The position numbers and the translations under genes were made by a program. DNA of 64,000 nucleotides from an uncultured delta proteobacterium. Lineage in GTDB: Bacteria > Desulfobacterota > Desulfobacteria > Desulfobacterales > SG8-13. The first letter of the stretch is position 1; every line of letters starts with the position of its first letter. Shown here one piece after another: positions 39,128 through 50,745 of the stretch. Under the pieces are notes generated by a model. It was not told where the DNA came from and did no database searches. It was given only the letters and a program-made list of their open reading frames with translations. The DNA lies in contig CAWBYM010000017.1 of assembly GCA_963792945.1 (NCBI GenBank), positions 313,717-377,716 on the forward strand, in the 5' to 3' direction.

Positions 39128-40626
39128 GCAAAGGTTCTGGATACCGCCTTCTTCCAGTGACCGATGCCGGCTTCACGTTCGGCGGTATCCATTTTCGGCT
39201 CCCAGGTCTTGTTCATGCGCCAGTTCTGCCTGAGATCCCCCGTGTTCGACCAGTAACCAACGGCCAGGCCGGCGGCGTAAGCGGCGCCCAGGGCGGTGGT
39301 CTCGGTTATGGCGGGCCTGATCACCGGTACGTTCAATATATCCGCCTGAAACTGCATCAGAAGTTCATTGGCCACCATCCCACCATCGACTTTGAGTTTT
39401 TTCAGCGCCACCCCGGAATCGCTGTTCATGGCTTCAACGATTTCAAACGTTTGGTATGCGCTGGCCTCGAGCACCGCGCGGGCGATATGGCCCTTATTGA
39501 CAAAGCGGGTGAGACCGGCGATGACACCACGGGCATCCGAGCGCCAATAAGGGGCGAACAGTCCTGAAAAAGCCGGCACGATGTAGGCTCCCCCGTTGTC
39601 TTCGACCGTTCGGGCCAGATCCTCGATCTCAGGGGCTGTGGTGATCAGACCGAGGTTGTCCCTCAGCCATTGAACCAGGGCACCGGCAATGGCAATGGAG
39701 CCTTCCAGGCAGTAGACGGGTTTTTCCCCCTTGACCTGATAACCGACGGTCGTCAGAAGCCCGTGGCGTGAGGGGATCGGGGTGTCGCCGGTATTGAGCA
39801 GCAGAAAGCATCCCGTCCCATAGGTGTTTTTGGCCTCGCCGATATCGAAACAGGCCTGACCGACGAGGGCGGCCTGTTGGTCGCCCAGGGCGCCGCAAAC
39901 CGGGATCGTTGAATTAAAGACGCCATCTTTCAGCGTATGACCCCATGTGTCCCTGTCGCTGGAGGGGACGATGCGTGGAAGGATCTGCCGCGGGATACCT
40001 AAAATATCCAGAATGTCCTCGTCCCACTGCAGGGTCTGCAGGTTCATCAACAGGGTTCGGCTGGCGTTGGTGACATCGGTCACATGGGCCCCGCCGTTCG
40101 GGCCGCCGGTCAACCACCAGATGATCCAGGATTCGACGGTGCCGAACAATGCTTCTCCTTTTTCGGCGGCTGGCTTGGCTGCAGGGACGTTGTCCAATAT
40201 CCAACGGATCTTAGGTCCCGAGAAATAGGTGGCGATGGGAAGTCCGGTTTTATCCCGGAAACGATCCTGGCCCCCTTCGGCGGACAACTCCCGGCAGAGG
40301 CTGTCGGTTCGGGTGCATTGCCAGACGACGGCATTGTAAAAGGGGCGCCCGGTCAACTTGTCCCACAGCACGGTCGTCTCGCGTTGGTTGGTGATGCCGA
40401 TGGCGGCCAGTGCGTTGCCGCTTAAGCCGGCTTTGTTCAGCGCCCCATGGATGACGATCTGGGTGTTGCGCCAGATTTCCATGGGGTCATGCTCCACCCA
40501 GCCCGGTCGGGGAAAGATCTGTTCGTGCTCCATCTGGTCCTGCCCGGCGATCCGTCCGGCATGATCGAAGATGATGAACCGGTTGCTCGTGGTTCCCAAG
40601 TCCAGAGAGCCGATGTATTGGACCAT
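39115..40626 (-). CDS. glpK: glycerol kinase
   Basis: [21 protein letters not shown]..., [12 protein letters not shown] and [21 protein letters not shown] precedes ATG 40626. The 46-codon extension in the track ORF was rejected. Confidence 0.9.
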   Translation of the reverse strand: MVQYIGSLDLGTTSNRFIIFDHAGRIAGQDQMEHEQIFPRPGWVEHDPMEIWRNTQIVIHGALNKAGLSGNALAAIGITNQRETTVLWDKLTGRPFYNAVVWQCTRTDSLCRELSAEGGQDRFRDKTGLPIATYFSGPKIRWILDNVPAAKPAAEKGEALFGTVESWIIWWLTGGPNGGAHVTDVTNASRTLLMNLQTLQWDEDILDILGIPRQILPRIVPSSDRDTWGHTLKDGVFNSTIPVCGALGDQQAALVGQACFDIGEAKNTYGTGCFLLLNTGDTPIPSRHGLLTTVGYQVKGEKPVYCLEGSIAIAGALVQWLRDNLGLITTAPEIEDLARTVEDNGGAYIVPAFSGLFAPYWRSDARGVIAGLTRFVNKGHIARAVLEASAYQTFEIVEAMNSDSGVALKKLKVDGGMVANELLMQFQADILNVPVIRPAITETTALGAAYAAGLAVGYWSNTGDLRQNWRMNKTWEPKMDTAEREAGIGHWKKAVSRTFAWVQ

Positions 40627-40682
40627 GGCTTGCCTCCTTTTCTTCTGTTGATCCCGGTGGCCGATAAATCGTGCCGGCCGGG

Positions 40683-41976
40683 TCATCGATATTGCAAGTA
40701 AGAATTGACTGCGGCGTGAGCGGATGCAATGGCCACTCCCGAACCGCATTTCATTCGGATCCAATCGGAGTGCGCCAGAATGGATCCTGCGGCATAGAGA
40801 TTTTTATAGGCCGGTCGACCGGAGGAGGTCAACGGTTGAAAATTGTCATCGACTTCCAATCCGGCCGTGTTCGCAGCGTGACCTGCGGGATCCAAAAGCC
40901 TGTCCCGGTGCCATCCCGTCCGGTCTGCCGGTTGGGATACCGGTAGATCGAAAACGGTTTCGCGAATATATTTGCGATCCGCCGCCAGTCCCTTCCCGAT
41001 AAACCGGCCGGTGGCAAGGATGGCCGCTTGGGATTTAATGACCAACCCTTTTGGGTTGTCTGCGAGGTTAAAAGTAAAATGTCCATTTTTATTTACTTTC
41101 GCCCGTGGTCAGCATTTTTTGATACAAGGTCCGGACACCGAGAGCCGGAAGAATCTGTTCGAAAGCATTTTTCAGGCGCAATCCGGCAATGGCCGGCGGA
41201 AGGGTGGGAACTTCGAATAGCGGGATTCCGATTTTCTTCTGCAAATCCGCCATTACCGCCGTTGTTTGGTAGATACCCAATATCGCCGGAAATCCCAATG
41301 CTTTTGCGTTTTTGAGCAGGGGCGCCACGGTGGCGGCCAACCGATCGCGGGTCGCCGGCAGTTCCAGTGCCTGGGCCAACCGCTCCGGGTAAATCTCGGC
41401 GGGTTGGTCAGGAAAAGCGATGCGTGCGGTACGTAAATCCGGCCATTTGTCCCGTAGAACCGATTGGATCTGCCGGACACTGAATCCTTTCAACCCGTCG
41501 AAGTCGAGCATGAGACAGGGGGGTTTGCGGCGCCAGGCGATAACACCGTTCCACATGCTATCGGGGACGGCATAGGTTCGTTTGATGCTGCCGGCCGGGG
41601 TAATGACATCGGCGTTGCGGTTCTTATAATGGCGGTAGGGTAGGCCGGCGGCTTTCAAGGCGGACAGGCATTCATCGACGGCACTCTGGATAACCTTTTC
41701 GGAAATTCGTGCGTAGGGATGGTGTGGGCTGGCATCGCCAAGAGCGGCAATGGCCGACCAGGGATTGCGCCACAGGCGGCGTTTTTCGATCGGGTGCACG
41801 CCAAGCAGATCGATCAGGCCGCTGGCATACAGAATTTCACCGGGTATCCCCACCTGAACGGTAGATATGTTGCGATTGGCGGCAAAGAGGGCTGCAGCCA
41901 TGCCGGCCATGCCTGCACCGATTACAAGCAGCTGACAGTGGATTGTCTCCGGTTGCGACATTGGTTTGCTACCCAT
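40683..41976 (-). pseudogene. glpB: anaerobic glycerol-3-phosphate dehydrogenase subunit B, split by a frameshift near 41092-41108
   Basis: The N-terminal 295 aa (LLVIGAGMAGMAAALFAA...) end at TAA 41089. The C-terminal part continues in another frame (...VNKNGHFTFNLADNPKGLVIKSQAAILATGRF...). Both frames are open only between 41092 and 41108. The combined length of ~415 aa matches GlpB. Confidence 0.7.
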
Positions 41977-42006
41977 GGCGAACTGAGAACGCGAACGAGC
42001 GATACG

Positions 42007-43560
42007 TTAAACTTCCGGGTCGAGCTCCAGGCCCAAAAATCCGCATTGCATGGCCTCCTGTAGTTCGGCTTGGATGAGCGGCGTTCCCCACATCAACGGT
42101 TTTTGCCCTCGCCAGCGGGCCTCGAGAAAGGTTTTTAACTCGGCAATACCCTCTGTTGCCTGGAGCAGGCCTTGATCATAAAGGTACGCCGTTACGCGGG
42201 TGCTGCAGAAGGCGCCCTGGCAAGGCCCCTTACCCAGGCGGCTGCGCAATCCGATCGCTTTTAGGGACGGATGCCCATGTTGCTCGCGGATGGATTCTAT
42301 GATGCTGTCGACCACACCTTGGGTTATCATTTCACATTCGCAGAGAATGATGTCTTCAGGATCACGGTTTTTGAACCAAACACGCGGCGCCAGGCCCGGA
42401 GTTGTCCACCTTCCCGCCGCCGTTTCCGGAAGGGGATCCGTATTGGTAAGACAAGGGCGGGACACATCCAGACGTTCGCAGATGAGATCGGCTGTTTTTT
42501 CCGCCATCAACCGAAACGTGGTCAGCTTTCCCCCCGTTATCGTGATAAAGTTTTCGACACCTTCGTTGGCGTGATCAATCAGGGCATATCCGCGGCTGAC
42601 GCTGCGGTCATTGTTCGACCTCTGAATGTTGACCAGCGGTCTTATGCCTGCGTACGCCCGGATAAAGCGGGTCTTGTCCAATACAGGGATCATTACAGCG
42701 CCCTCGGAAATGATTTGATCCACTTCTGCGATTGTGGGTCGAAAATGATCGATGGAATCAATACGGACGGAAGTGGTGCCCAAAACCGAGACTGTTCCTC
42801 CGGGGACCAAAATATCACCATCCGCCGGCTGGCGCAGACGGTTGATAACCCGCGAGGCAATCCGGCTCTGGGTGACCAGCAAACTGCCTTTGGAGTATAT
42901 CATTTCCAGGTGGATGCCGGCCAGGCCGGCAACTTTACCGGCCCAGGCTCCGGAGGTGTTCACGACCTGATCGGCAGTAATTATAAATTCGCGGCCGGAT
43001 AAGGTGTCAACCAATTGGACGGTTTGGATTTTTCGTTTGCGGATATTGAACCTGACGGCCAGGGCGTGAGGCAGGAATGTGCAGTCGTGCTGCTGAGCAT
43101 GGGCGATGTTTTCGATGGAGAGTTTGAAGGGGTCGATGGCGGCATCGGCGACTTTGTATGCCGCGATGAGTTTGGGAGATAAGGTCGGTTCCAGCGCCAA
43201 TGCATCCCGGATGTCGACGGCCTCGGTCCGGATGCCGCATTTGGCGCACATGTGCGGGAAATCGGCCGCGTAGTTCTCATCATCACCTTCAACTGCAACG
43301 AACAAACCGCCGCTATCCTCGATGCAGTGGGGTGCCAACCGTTTCAGCAGTTCGCCTTCTTTGCGGCATTCCCTCGCTGCCGGAGGGTCCGATACGACAT
43401 AACGGGCGCCACTGTGCAGCAGTCCGTGGTTGCCTCCGGAAGCACCGGCGTTAAAATCTCTTCTTTCCACTAGTAGACATTGAATGCCCCGCAGGGATAA
43501 GTCGCGAGCCAGGCCGGAACCGGTGACGCCGGCGCCGATGATGAGCACCTCGGTTTTCAA
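42007..43560 (-). CDS. glpA: anaerobic glycerol-3-phosphate dehydrogenase subunit A
   Basis: VLIIGAGVTGSGLARDL FAD motif. Length is 517 aa, with a C-terminal BFD-like [2Fe-2S] segment (ILCECEMITQG ... GPCQGAFC). Confidence 0.85.
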   Translation of the reverse strand: MKTEVLIIGAGVTGSGLARDLSLRGIQCLLVERRDFNAGASGGNHGLLHSGARYVVSDPPAARECRKEGELLKRLAPHCIEDSGGLFVAVEGDDENYAADFPHMCAKCGIRTEAVDIRDALALEPTLSPKLIAAYKVADAAIDPFKLSIENIAHAQQHDCTFLPHALAVRFNIRKRKIQTVQLVDTLSGREFIITADQVVNTSGAWAGKVAGLAGIHLEMIYSKGSLLVTQSRIASRVINRLRQPADGDILVPGGTVSVLGTTSVRIDSIDHFRPTIAEVDQIISEGAVMIPVLDKTRFIRAYAGIRPLVNIQRSNNDRSVSRGYALIDHANEGVENFITITGGKLTTFRLMAEKTADLICERLDVSRPCLTNTDPLPETAAGRWTTPGLAPRVWFKNRDPEDIILCECEMITQGVVDSIIESIREQHGHPSLKAIGLRSRLGKGPCQGAFCSTRVTAYLYDQGLLQATEGIAELKTFLEARWRGQKPLMWGTPLIQAELQEAMQCGFLGLELDPEV

Positions 43561-43685
43561 TGGCTATTCCCTTAGTTGGAGCAAAGACGGAACATATTTG
43601 ATCTTACAGGGTATAGTTATCCTGTCATTTTCACTTGCGAAAACCCAATCGCAATGCTAAGGAATCGGTATGAAAGATAAAATAA

Positions 43686-44471
43686 TCAATATATTTTCCC
43701 GAGGCCAAGTGCGCTCCGCCGGGTGCTCTCGGGATGGACTTTTATCAGTACCTGCCTTTTCTGGCCAAGGGCAACGTGGCGCAGCAGATATTCTGGTACA
43801 CGGCCTTCACCGCCACCATGGTCGAGCCTGGACCGACAGTCAATGCCGACGGCACGCCGAAATGGCGCATGGCCCCCTCGCCCCACGGACCCTACTGGGA
43901 AGAAGGGATGAAGTTGGGATACCAGGATTGCGGTTCCTGGACGCTGATGAAGAGTACGCCGGTGGATCGCCGCAAGGCAGCATGGCTCTTTGCACAGTTC
44001 TGCGTGGCAAAGACGACCTCCCTGAAGAAGGCCCACGTGGGCCTGACACCCGTCCGCGACAGCGATATTCGTGACAAATCCTTCACCGAGCGCGCACCCA
44101 AGCTCGGCGGTCTGGTAGAATTTTACCGTAGCCCGGCGCGCGTCGCCTGGACACCGACCGGCACCAACGTGCCCGACTATCCGAAATTGGCCCAATTGTG
44201 GTGGCAGAATATCGGTGAAGCGGTTTCCGGTGAGGTCACTGTGGACACGGCGATGGACAATCTGGCCCGTGAGCAGGATCGTGTCATGGAACGTATCGCC
44301 CGCTCCGGTGTCCAGGGTGAGTGCGGTCCGAAGCTGAACCCCGAAAAGGAAGAATCCTACTGGCTGAACCAGCCCGGATCGCCCAAGGCAAAGGTCGACG
44401 AGAAACCGAAAGGTGAGACGGTCAACTACGACGACTTGATCAAGGCCTGGCGTGAAGGGCGCGTTAAATAA
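43686..44471 (+). pseudogene. 5'-truncated remnant of a family-1 (sugar/glycerol-type) ABC substrate-binding protein
   Basis: Only a ~260-codon open frame is present. It looks like the C-terminal half of a larger periplasmic binding protein (WRMAPSPHGPYWEEG, YPKLAQLWWQNIG). There is no signal peptide and no room for an N-terminus, because divergent glpA starts 126 nt upstream. Confidence 0.5.
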
Positions 44472-44567
44472 CCGTAGCTCTTTTTTTAAATTTAAATTTG
44501 AATTGTCGATTCATTTTGCTATTCTGCGCCATTTGGTTTCTCCAACCCGCCCCTTGAGGAAGAAAAA

Positions 44568-45767
44568 ATGCAACAGCAAGTCCTATCGCCCGTTCCTGGT
44601 CCGCTCCGACCGCCGCAAAAACCGTACCGCATGGTTGCATTGACCCCATTGATTATTTTGCTGAGCACCCTCGCGTTTCTGGCATCCGGCGGCCGTGCGG
44701 CGGCCGCACCAACCAAAGGCGGCGGACGGCCACCGGTGGTCAGCGTTGAGGCGGTTGCCGTACAGGAAGTCAACCCGCCGGAGGATTATGTCGGCCGGGT
44801 GGAGGCCATTCAAGCCGTCGATCTGCGCGCGCGGGTGGAGGGGTTCATCGAACACGTAAAATTTCAGGAAGGCGCTAACGTACAAGACGGAGATCTCCTT
44901 TACCTTATCGAACAGGCTCCCTACAAAGCCAGGGTCAACGAAGCCGCAGCCAAGGTCGCCGACGCCGAGTCTTCTCTCATTAAGGCCCGGCAGTATTTGC
45001 AGCGGCTCCAGTCGGTACGTAGCGGAGGTGTGTCGGCGACCGACCTGGAGGCGGCCGTCAGCACGGAACTCAAAGCCAAGGCCTTGCTTCAGCAAGCCAA
45101 GGCCAGCTTGGAACAGGCCGAACTCGATCTGGGTTACACGACCATCGAGGCTCCCATCAGTGGGCGCATCGGCCGCACGGCGTACACAAGAGGTAATTTG
45201 GTGGGCCCTGAGTCGGGGGCCCTTAGCCGTATCGTCCAACTCGACCCGATCCGGGTGGTCTATTCGATCAACGAGAACGACCTGGTGAAATCAAATACGT
45301 CCCCGGAAGAGGGGTGCAGCGGGAACTTCGAAACCCGATACGTACCTCATATCCAGTTGCCTGGAGGGCAAATTTACCCCTCTGCGGGCCGATTGGATTT
45401 TATCGACAACCAGGTGGATTCCAGCACCGGGACGATTGCCGTTCGGGCGGTATTCGACAATCCGGACGGTATTCTCCTCCCAGGGCAGTACGTCAACGTG
45501 CTCATCAGATGCAGCGAGGGCAAGCGTCTTCCCGTGGTGCCGCAATCTTCGGTGCAGGAGGATCGGGAGGGTCGTTATGTGTTCGTGGTCGACGCTGAAA
45601 ACAGAGTCCAACAGCGACGCATCATAACAGGACCGGTCATCGGCACCGGCTGGGCGGTGGAGTCCGGGCTCAGGCAGGGTGAAATGATCATCGTTCAGGG
45701 TGTCCAGAAAGTCAGCCCGGGACAGGTCGTGGAAACCGTGGCCACCAGCGGGCAGAGCAAGGAGTAA
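44568..45767 (+). CDS. RND efflux periplasmic adaptor (membrane fusion protein)
   Basis: N-terminal anchor, a coiled-coil hairpin region, and YTTIEAPISGRIG, typical of the AcrA/MexA family. Confidence 0.85.
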   Translation: MQQQVLSPVPGPLRPPQKPYRMVALTPLIILLSTLAFLASGGRAAAAPTKGGGRPPVVSVEAVAVQEVNPPEDYVGRVEAIQAVDLRARVEGFIEHVKFQEGANVQDGDLLYLIEQAPYKARVNEAAAKVADAESSLIKARQYLQRLQSVRSGGVSATDLEAAVSTELKAKALLQQAKASLEQAELDLGYTTIEAPISGRIGRTAYTRGNLVGPESGALSRIVQLDPIRVVYSINENDLVKSNTSPEEGCSGNFETRYVPHIQLPGGQIYPSAGRLDFIDNQVDSSTGTIAVRAVFDNPDGILLPGQYVNVLIRCSEGKRLPVVPQSSVQEDREGRYVFVVDAENRVQQRRIITGPVIGTGWAVESGLRQGEMIIVQGVQKVSPGQVVETVATSGQSKE

Positions 45768-45770
45768 TTC

Positions 45771-48700
45771 ATGTTTTCGCGTATCTTCATCGAGAGACCA
45801 CGACTGGCGATGGTCGTGTCGATCATCATTGCCTTGGCCGGCGTACTCGCGTTGTTGAATATACCGATCGCCCAGTACCCACAGATTTCACCGCCTGAAA
45901 TCCGCGTCAGCACTACCTATCCCGGCGCTAACGCCGAGGTCGTCGCCAGCAGCGTGGCCGCCCCGATTGAGGCCGAGGTCAACGGCGTGGAAAACATGCT
46001 CTACATGTCTTCCACGTGCTCCGACAACGGCACCTACAATTTAAGTGTCACCTTCGAAGTCGGCACCGATCCCAACATCGCCCAGGTCAATGTTCAAAAC
46101 CGCGTTCAGCAGGCCGCGCCCAAGCTTCCCACCGAAGTCGTCGAACAGGGGGTTTCGGTACGAACACGATCATCCGACTTCCTGACGGTCGTTAGTTTCT
46201 TCGCTCCCGAAGGCGCCCGTGACGCGCTCTTTCTCAGCAATTACATCAGCATCAATGTCAAGGATGCGGTAACGCGCATCAAAGGCGTCAGTGAGGCCTA
46301 TATTTTCGGAGCCCTGGATTACAGCATGCGGATTTGGATGGATCCCGAACGTTTGACCGCCCTCGGCCTGACCGCGGATGACGTAGTCACCGCCATTCGG
46401 GAACAGAACGCCCAAGCAGCCGCCGGGTCCGTTGGCACGGCACCCGGCAGCGACAAGCAACAGATTCAGTTTACCCTGCGCGCCAAGGGGCGTCTCAATG
46501 AAACCGAAGACTTCAAAAACATCATCATCCGCACCAACCCCGAAGGCGGAATGGTGCGGGTGCGGGACATCGCCCGGGTCGAGTTGGGCGCCCAATCCTA
46601 CTCCTCAAGGTCGACGCTGAACGGTTCCCCGGCGGTCAACATGGCCATTTACAGAACCTCGGGCGCCAACGCACTGGAAACCGTTCAAGCGGTAGCGGCC
46701 GAAGTCAAACGGCTGTCGTTGCGATTTCCCGAGGGGATACAATATCGGATGGTTTACGACACGACCAGGTTTGTCCGGTCGGCGATAAAGGAAATCGTGT
46801 TGACGCTCTTTATCACTTTTTGCCTGGTCGTGGGGGTTACCTATCTTTTTTTGCAGGACTGGCGCGCGACACTGATTCCGACACTAACGATTCCGGTGTC
46901 GCTGATCGGAACTTTCGCAGTGCTCCTGTCTCTGGGCTTCAGTGCCAACACCATCACCCTGTTCGCCCTGATACTGGCAATCGGTCTAGTGGTGGATGAC
47001 GCCATCGTTGTTGTGGAAAATGTTCAGCGCATTATGGAAGAGGAGGACCTCGACCCCAAGGCTGCGGCAACCAAGGCGATGGGCCAGGTCATCGGCCCGA
47101 TCATCTCCACGACTCTGGTCCTGTTGGCCGTTTTCGTTCCGGTTGGTTTTCTGCCCGGCATTACCGGCGAGCTCTATAAACAGTTCGCCGTGACACTGTC
47201 CACGGCTGTCGTGCTGTCCGCACTCAACTCATTGACTCTGAGTCCGGCCTTGTGTGCGACCCTTCTGCGTCCGCCGGTGACTGTTCGGCGTGGACCGCTG
47301 GCCTGGTTCAGACGGGCGCTGAATGGCTCGCGCAACGTCTATGTCAGTGTCTCGGCCTGGTTGCTCCGGCGGATGACGGTCGTTCTGGTGCTTTTCATAT
47401 TGATATTCGGGGCTGCCTATTTCCTGTTCACCAATCGCCCTACCAGTTTCCTTCCCGGCGAGGACCAGGGCGTCTTCTTCGTCAACGTCCAGCTTCCCGA
47501 AGCCGCGGCCTTGGCGCGCACCAACACGGTTTTGCAGAAGGTTTCCAAACATCTCAAAAATATCCCCGGCGTCGCGGATGTTATTGCCGTCAGCGGTTTC
47601 AGTATCATCAGCGGGGCGAGCGAAAACGTCGGCTTGGGTGTTGTGGTTCTCGATCCCTGGGATGAGCGCAAAACTCCCGATTTGCAGCTCGACGGCCTCC
47701 TGACCCGTGTCCGCCGCGAGCTGGCCGCGATTCCGGCTGCCAACATCTTCGCTTTCAGCCCGCCGGCTATTCGAGGTCTGGGAAACACGGGCGGTTTCGA
47801 TTTCCGGTTGCAGGCTTTGGGAAACCAAAAACCCCAAGACCTTTCCGCCGTGACACGCGCTCTTGTTGTGGCCGCCAACCGGGACCCGACCCTGCGGGCG
47901 GTGTTCAGCACCTATTCTGCCGACGTTCCGCAACTGTTCCTCAATCTCGATCGGACCAAGGCCGAATCCCTCAAGGTTCCGGTCAGCCGCGTATTTTCGA
48001 CACTCCAGGCCCAGCTCGGCTCACGTTTCGTCAATGACTTCAATCTGTACAGCCGGGTCTTCCAGGTGAAAGTCCAAGCCGACGCGCCGTACCGCAATGC
48101 AGTAGAAGATATCGGACGGCTGCACGTGCGCAGTGACGAGGGCAAGATGGTGCCTCTGAGCAGTCTGGCCACAATTTCGACGGTTCTGGCGCCTCAATTG
48201 GTGACCCGCTACAATCAGTTCGCCGCCGCGCAGGTGAACGGAGAGGCCAGCAGCGGTTTCAGTTCAGGCGAGGCCATGGCGAAGCTGAAAAGCATTGCGG
48301 ACCAAACCCTACCCGATGGCTATGGATATGAATGGTCGGGGCTTTCATTCCAGGAACAGCAGAGCAGCGGGCAGGCCCCTGTTCTGCTGGCCTTGGCCCT
48401 GCTGTTTGCCTACCTTTTCCTGGTGGGTCAATACGAGAGTTGGACCATTCCGCTGCCGGTCATCATCTCTATATCGGTTGCGACCGCAGGAGCCTTGACA
48501 GGCCTGTGGATCGGCGGCTTGGACCTCAGCATCTACGCCCAGATCGGTTTGGTTCTGCTTGTCGGCCTGGCGAGTAAAAATGCCATTCTGATCGTTGAGT
48601 TTGCCAAAACACAGCGCGAAGAGGGGCTTTCGATAATCGAGGCTGCACTGGCCGGTGCACGAATCCGTTTCAGAGCTGTTCTCATGACCGCTTTTTCTTT

Positions 48701-48920
48701 TATCCTGGGCGTGCTCCCACTGGTGATCGCCACCGGTGCGGGCGCCAACAGCCGACAGGCCATCGGCACCACGGTGTTCAGCGGTATGCTGGCGGCAACC
48801 CTGGTCGGTATCTTTCTGATTCCGTCACTCTATGCCGCCTTTCAGACGTCAAGGGAAAAAGTCTACGATCGGAGGAGACGGAGGCGGGCCCAAGAGCGCG
48901 CTCGAGAGAGAAAGACTTAA
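45771..48920 (+). CDS. RND multidrug efflux permease (AcrB/MexB family)
   Basis: 1049 aa. N-terminus [24 protein letters not shown], and 12-TM architecture with two large periplasmic loops. Confidence 0.9.
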   Translation: MFSRIFIERPRLAMVVSIIIALAGVLALLNIPIAQYPQISPPEIRVSTTYPGANAEVVASSVAAPIEAEVNGVENMLYMSSTCSDNGTYNLSVTFEVGTDPNIAQVNVQNRVQQAAPKLPTEVVEQGVSVRTRSSDFLTVVSFFAPEGARDALFLSNYISINVKDAVTRIKGVSEAYIFGALDYSMRIWMDPERLTALGLTADDVVTAIREQNAQAAAGSVGTAPGSDKQQIQFTLRAKGRLNETEDFKNIIIRTNPEGGMVRVRDIARVELGAQSYSSRSTLNGSPAVNMAIYRTSGANALETVQAVAAEVKRLSLRFPEGIQYRMVYDTTRFVRSAIKEIVLTLFITFCLVVGVTYLFLQDWRATLIPTLTIPVSLIGTFAVLLSLGFSANTITLFALILAIGLVVDDAIVVVENVQRIMEEEDLDPKAAATKAMGQVIGPIISTTLVLLAVFVPVGFLPGITGELYKQFAVTLSTAVVLSALNSLTLSPALCATLLRPPVTVRRGPLAWFRRALNGSRNVYVSVSAWLLRRMTVVLVLFILIFGAAYFLFTNRPTSFLPGEDQGVFFVNVQLPEAAALARTNTVLQKVSKHLKNIPGVADVIAVSGFSIISGASENVGLGVVVLDPWDERKTPDLQLDGLLTRVRRELAAIPAANIFAFSPPAIRGLGNTGGFDFRLQALGNQKPQDLSAVTRALVVAANRDPTLRAVFSTYSADVPQLFLNLDRTKAESLKVPVSRVFSTLQAQLGSRFVNDFNLYSRVFQVKVQADAPYRNAVEDIGRLHVRSDEGKMVPLSSLATISTVLAPQLVTRYNQFAAAQVNGEASSGFSSGEAMAKLKSIADQTLPDGYGYEWSGLSFQEQQSSGQAPVLLALALLFAYLFLVGQYESWTIPLPVIISISVATAGALTGLWIGGLDLSIYAQIGLVLLVGLASKNAILIVEFAKTQREEGLSIIEAALAGARIRFRAVLMTAFSFILGVLPLVIATGAGANSRQAIGTTVFSGMLAATLVGIFLIPSLYAAFQTSREKVYDRRRRRRAQERARERKT

Positions 48921-48953
48921 CGGGTTCTGACCCGCTGATCCGAAAAAAGTGAA

Positions 48954-50480
48954 ATGAATACACTCGAACACGTAAAATGGTTGAGTAAATGGCCGCCGGC
49001 CGGCAGGATCGTACAGAGCTTCTTGTTTAACCTCGGTGCGACATTCACGGCTCTAATGATTTGCGGATGCCCGGCCGTAGGGCCCGATTATGTCAAACCC
49101 GAACCCAACATCTCCTCTGCTTGGTATTACGAGCTTGAGGATGGATTGACCAATGTTACTCCTGATCCTCTCACCTTGGCCGAGTGGTGGGCGACACTCC
49201 AGGATCCGTACCTCTCCCGTTTGATGGAGCGCGCCGTGCAGGGAAACCTCGAGTTGAAGAACGCCCGGGCACGTGTTCGAGAAGCGCGCGCCCTCAGGGG
49301 CATCAATCGGGCCAGATTGTTCCCCATCATCGATGCAACCGGATCGGCCACCAAGAGCCGCAGCAGTAGCAACAGCGGCGACGGCACCGACAGCGAACTC
49401 TATACGGTAGGCTTTGATGCCGGCTGGGAATTGGACGTGTTCGGTGGTGTCCGCCGATCGGTGGAGGCAGCCCAAGCGGATCTGGAAGCCAGTCGGGAAA
49501 ACCTCAACGATGTCCTGGTGAGCCTGCTGGCCGAAGTCGCCCTCAATTACTTGGACCTGCGGACATATCAAGCCCGGTTCGCCGTGGCCGAGGCCAATAT
49601 CGCGGCTCAACAGGATACCTTCGCGTACACCAGATCCCGTTTCGAGGCCGGCCTCAGTGACGAGCTAGCGGTGCAACAGGCATTAACCAATCTTGAAGCC
49701 ACCCGTTCTCAAATTCCGAATCTGAGGACCGGACTTTCGGCTGCCAACAACCGCCTATCGGTATTGTTAGGTGAACAACCTGGTGCGGTCAACCAGGAGC
49801 TGGTCTCACCCTGTCCGATTCCCGTGCCGCCGCTTTCGGTGGCCGTGGGCGTGCCGGCGGATACCCTATTGAACCGACCCGACATTCGACGGCTTGAACG
49901 TATAGCGGCAGGCCAGACTGCACGGATAGGGGTCGCCACGGCCGATCTTTACCCTCGGTTCTTTCTGACGGGAACCATCGGGCTGGAATCTCTTTCGGCC
50001 GGGGACCTGTTCAATACCGACAGCCGAGCGTGGTTGTTCGGTCCCGGTGTGATCTGGAATGTGTTCAATGCGGGAGCGACACGCCAACGCATTGAATTCC
50101 AGACGGCTCTGCAGGAACAGGCAATGAATGAATACCAATCCAAAATATTGCTGGCTTTGGAAGAAGTGGAAAATGCCTTGGTGGCTTATGCCCAGGAACA
50201 ACTTCGCCGGGAATTCTTGAAAGCGGCCGCCGCCGCTGCCCAACGGACGGTATTGCTCGCCCAAGACCAGTACGCTGCCGGATTGGTTGATTTCAACAAT
50301 GTTTTGATTGCTCAGCGATCCCTTCTCTCTCTTCAGGACGAACTCGCTCTCAGCGAGGGGGAAGTGACGGCGAATCTGGTAAGACTTTACAAGGCCCTGG
50401 GCGGTGGGTGGAAAGTTCAGGAATCGTCCCCCCAAGATAGGGCCGCCGACGACAAGAGAGACCCGCTTTTAATTCCTTAA
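48954..50480 (+). CDS. RND efflux outer-membrane factor lipoprotein (NodT family)
   Basis: Lipobox-like ALMICGC, then AVGPDYVKP as in NodT/OprM. Two OEP repeats. Confidence 0.8.
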   Translation: MNTLEHVKWLSKWPPAGRIVQSFLFNLGATFTALMICGCPAVGPDYVKPEPNISSAWYYELEDGLTNVTPDPLTLAEWWATLQDPYLSRLMERAVQGNLELKNARARVREARALRGINRARLFPIIDATGSATKSRSSSNSGDGTDSELYTVGFDAGWELDVFGGVRRSVEAAQADLEASRENLNDVLVSLLAEVALNYLDLRTYQARFAVAEANIAAQQDTFAYTRSRFEAGLSDELAVQQALTNLEATRSQIPNLRTGLSAANNRLSVLLGEQPGAVNQELVSPCPIPVPPLSVAVGVPADTLLNRPDIRRLERIAAGQTARIGVATADLYPRFFLTGTIGLESLSAGDLFNTDSRAWLFGPGVIWNVFNAGATRQRIEFQTALQEQAMNEYQSKILLALEEVENALVAYAQEQLRREFLKAAAAAAQRTVLLAQDQYAAGLVDFNNVLIAQRSLLSLQDELALSEGEVTANLVRLYKALGGGWKVQESSPQDRAADDKRDPLLIP

Positions 50481-50745
50481 CCAGGCGGTTGGATTTTCGA
50501 GTGCCTGATTTGGCGGTTTCAGGCCGCGCACAATTTCTTTGCATGCAGGGTAAGGATTGAACAAATCGGGCCGTTTCTGCTATGAGAATCTGGCATAACA
50601 CCAGGGGGGAGAGCGCAGGGACTGTCACCTCGAAAAATTCGGGACGCGCTTGTTCTGGTGCAACCCTGTCTCAGGCCTACAGACAATTCACGAAATTTTG
50701 TGAACCATGGCTTCGGCCAGGTAAAAATTGGATCCAGGAGGGCCT

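Noticed and set aside
40627-40764. A 46-codon upstream extension of glpK.
   Set aside because: The conserved glycerol kinase N-terminus ([14 protein letters not shown]) starts at ATG 40626 behind AGGAGG. The extension overlaps the glpB 3' end.
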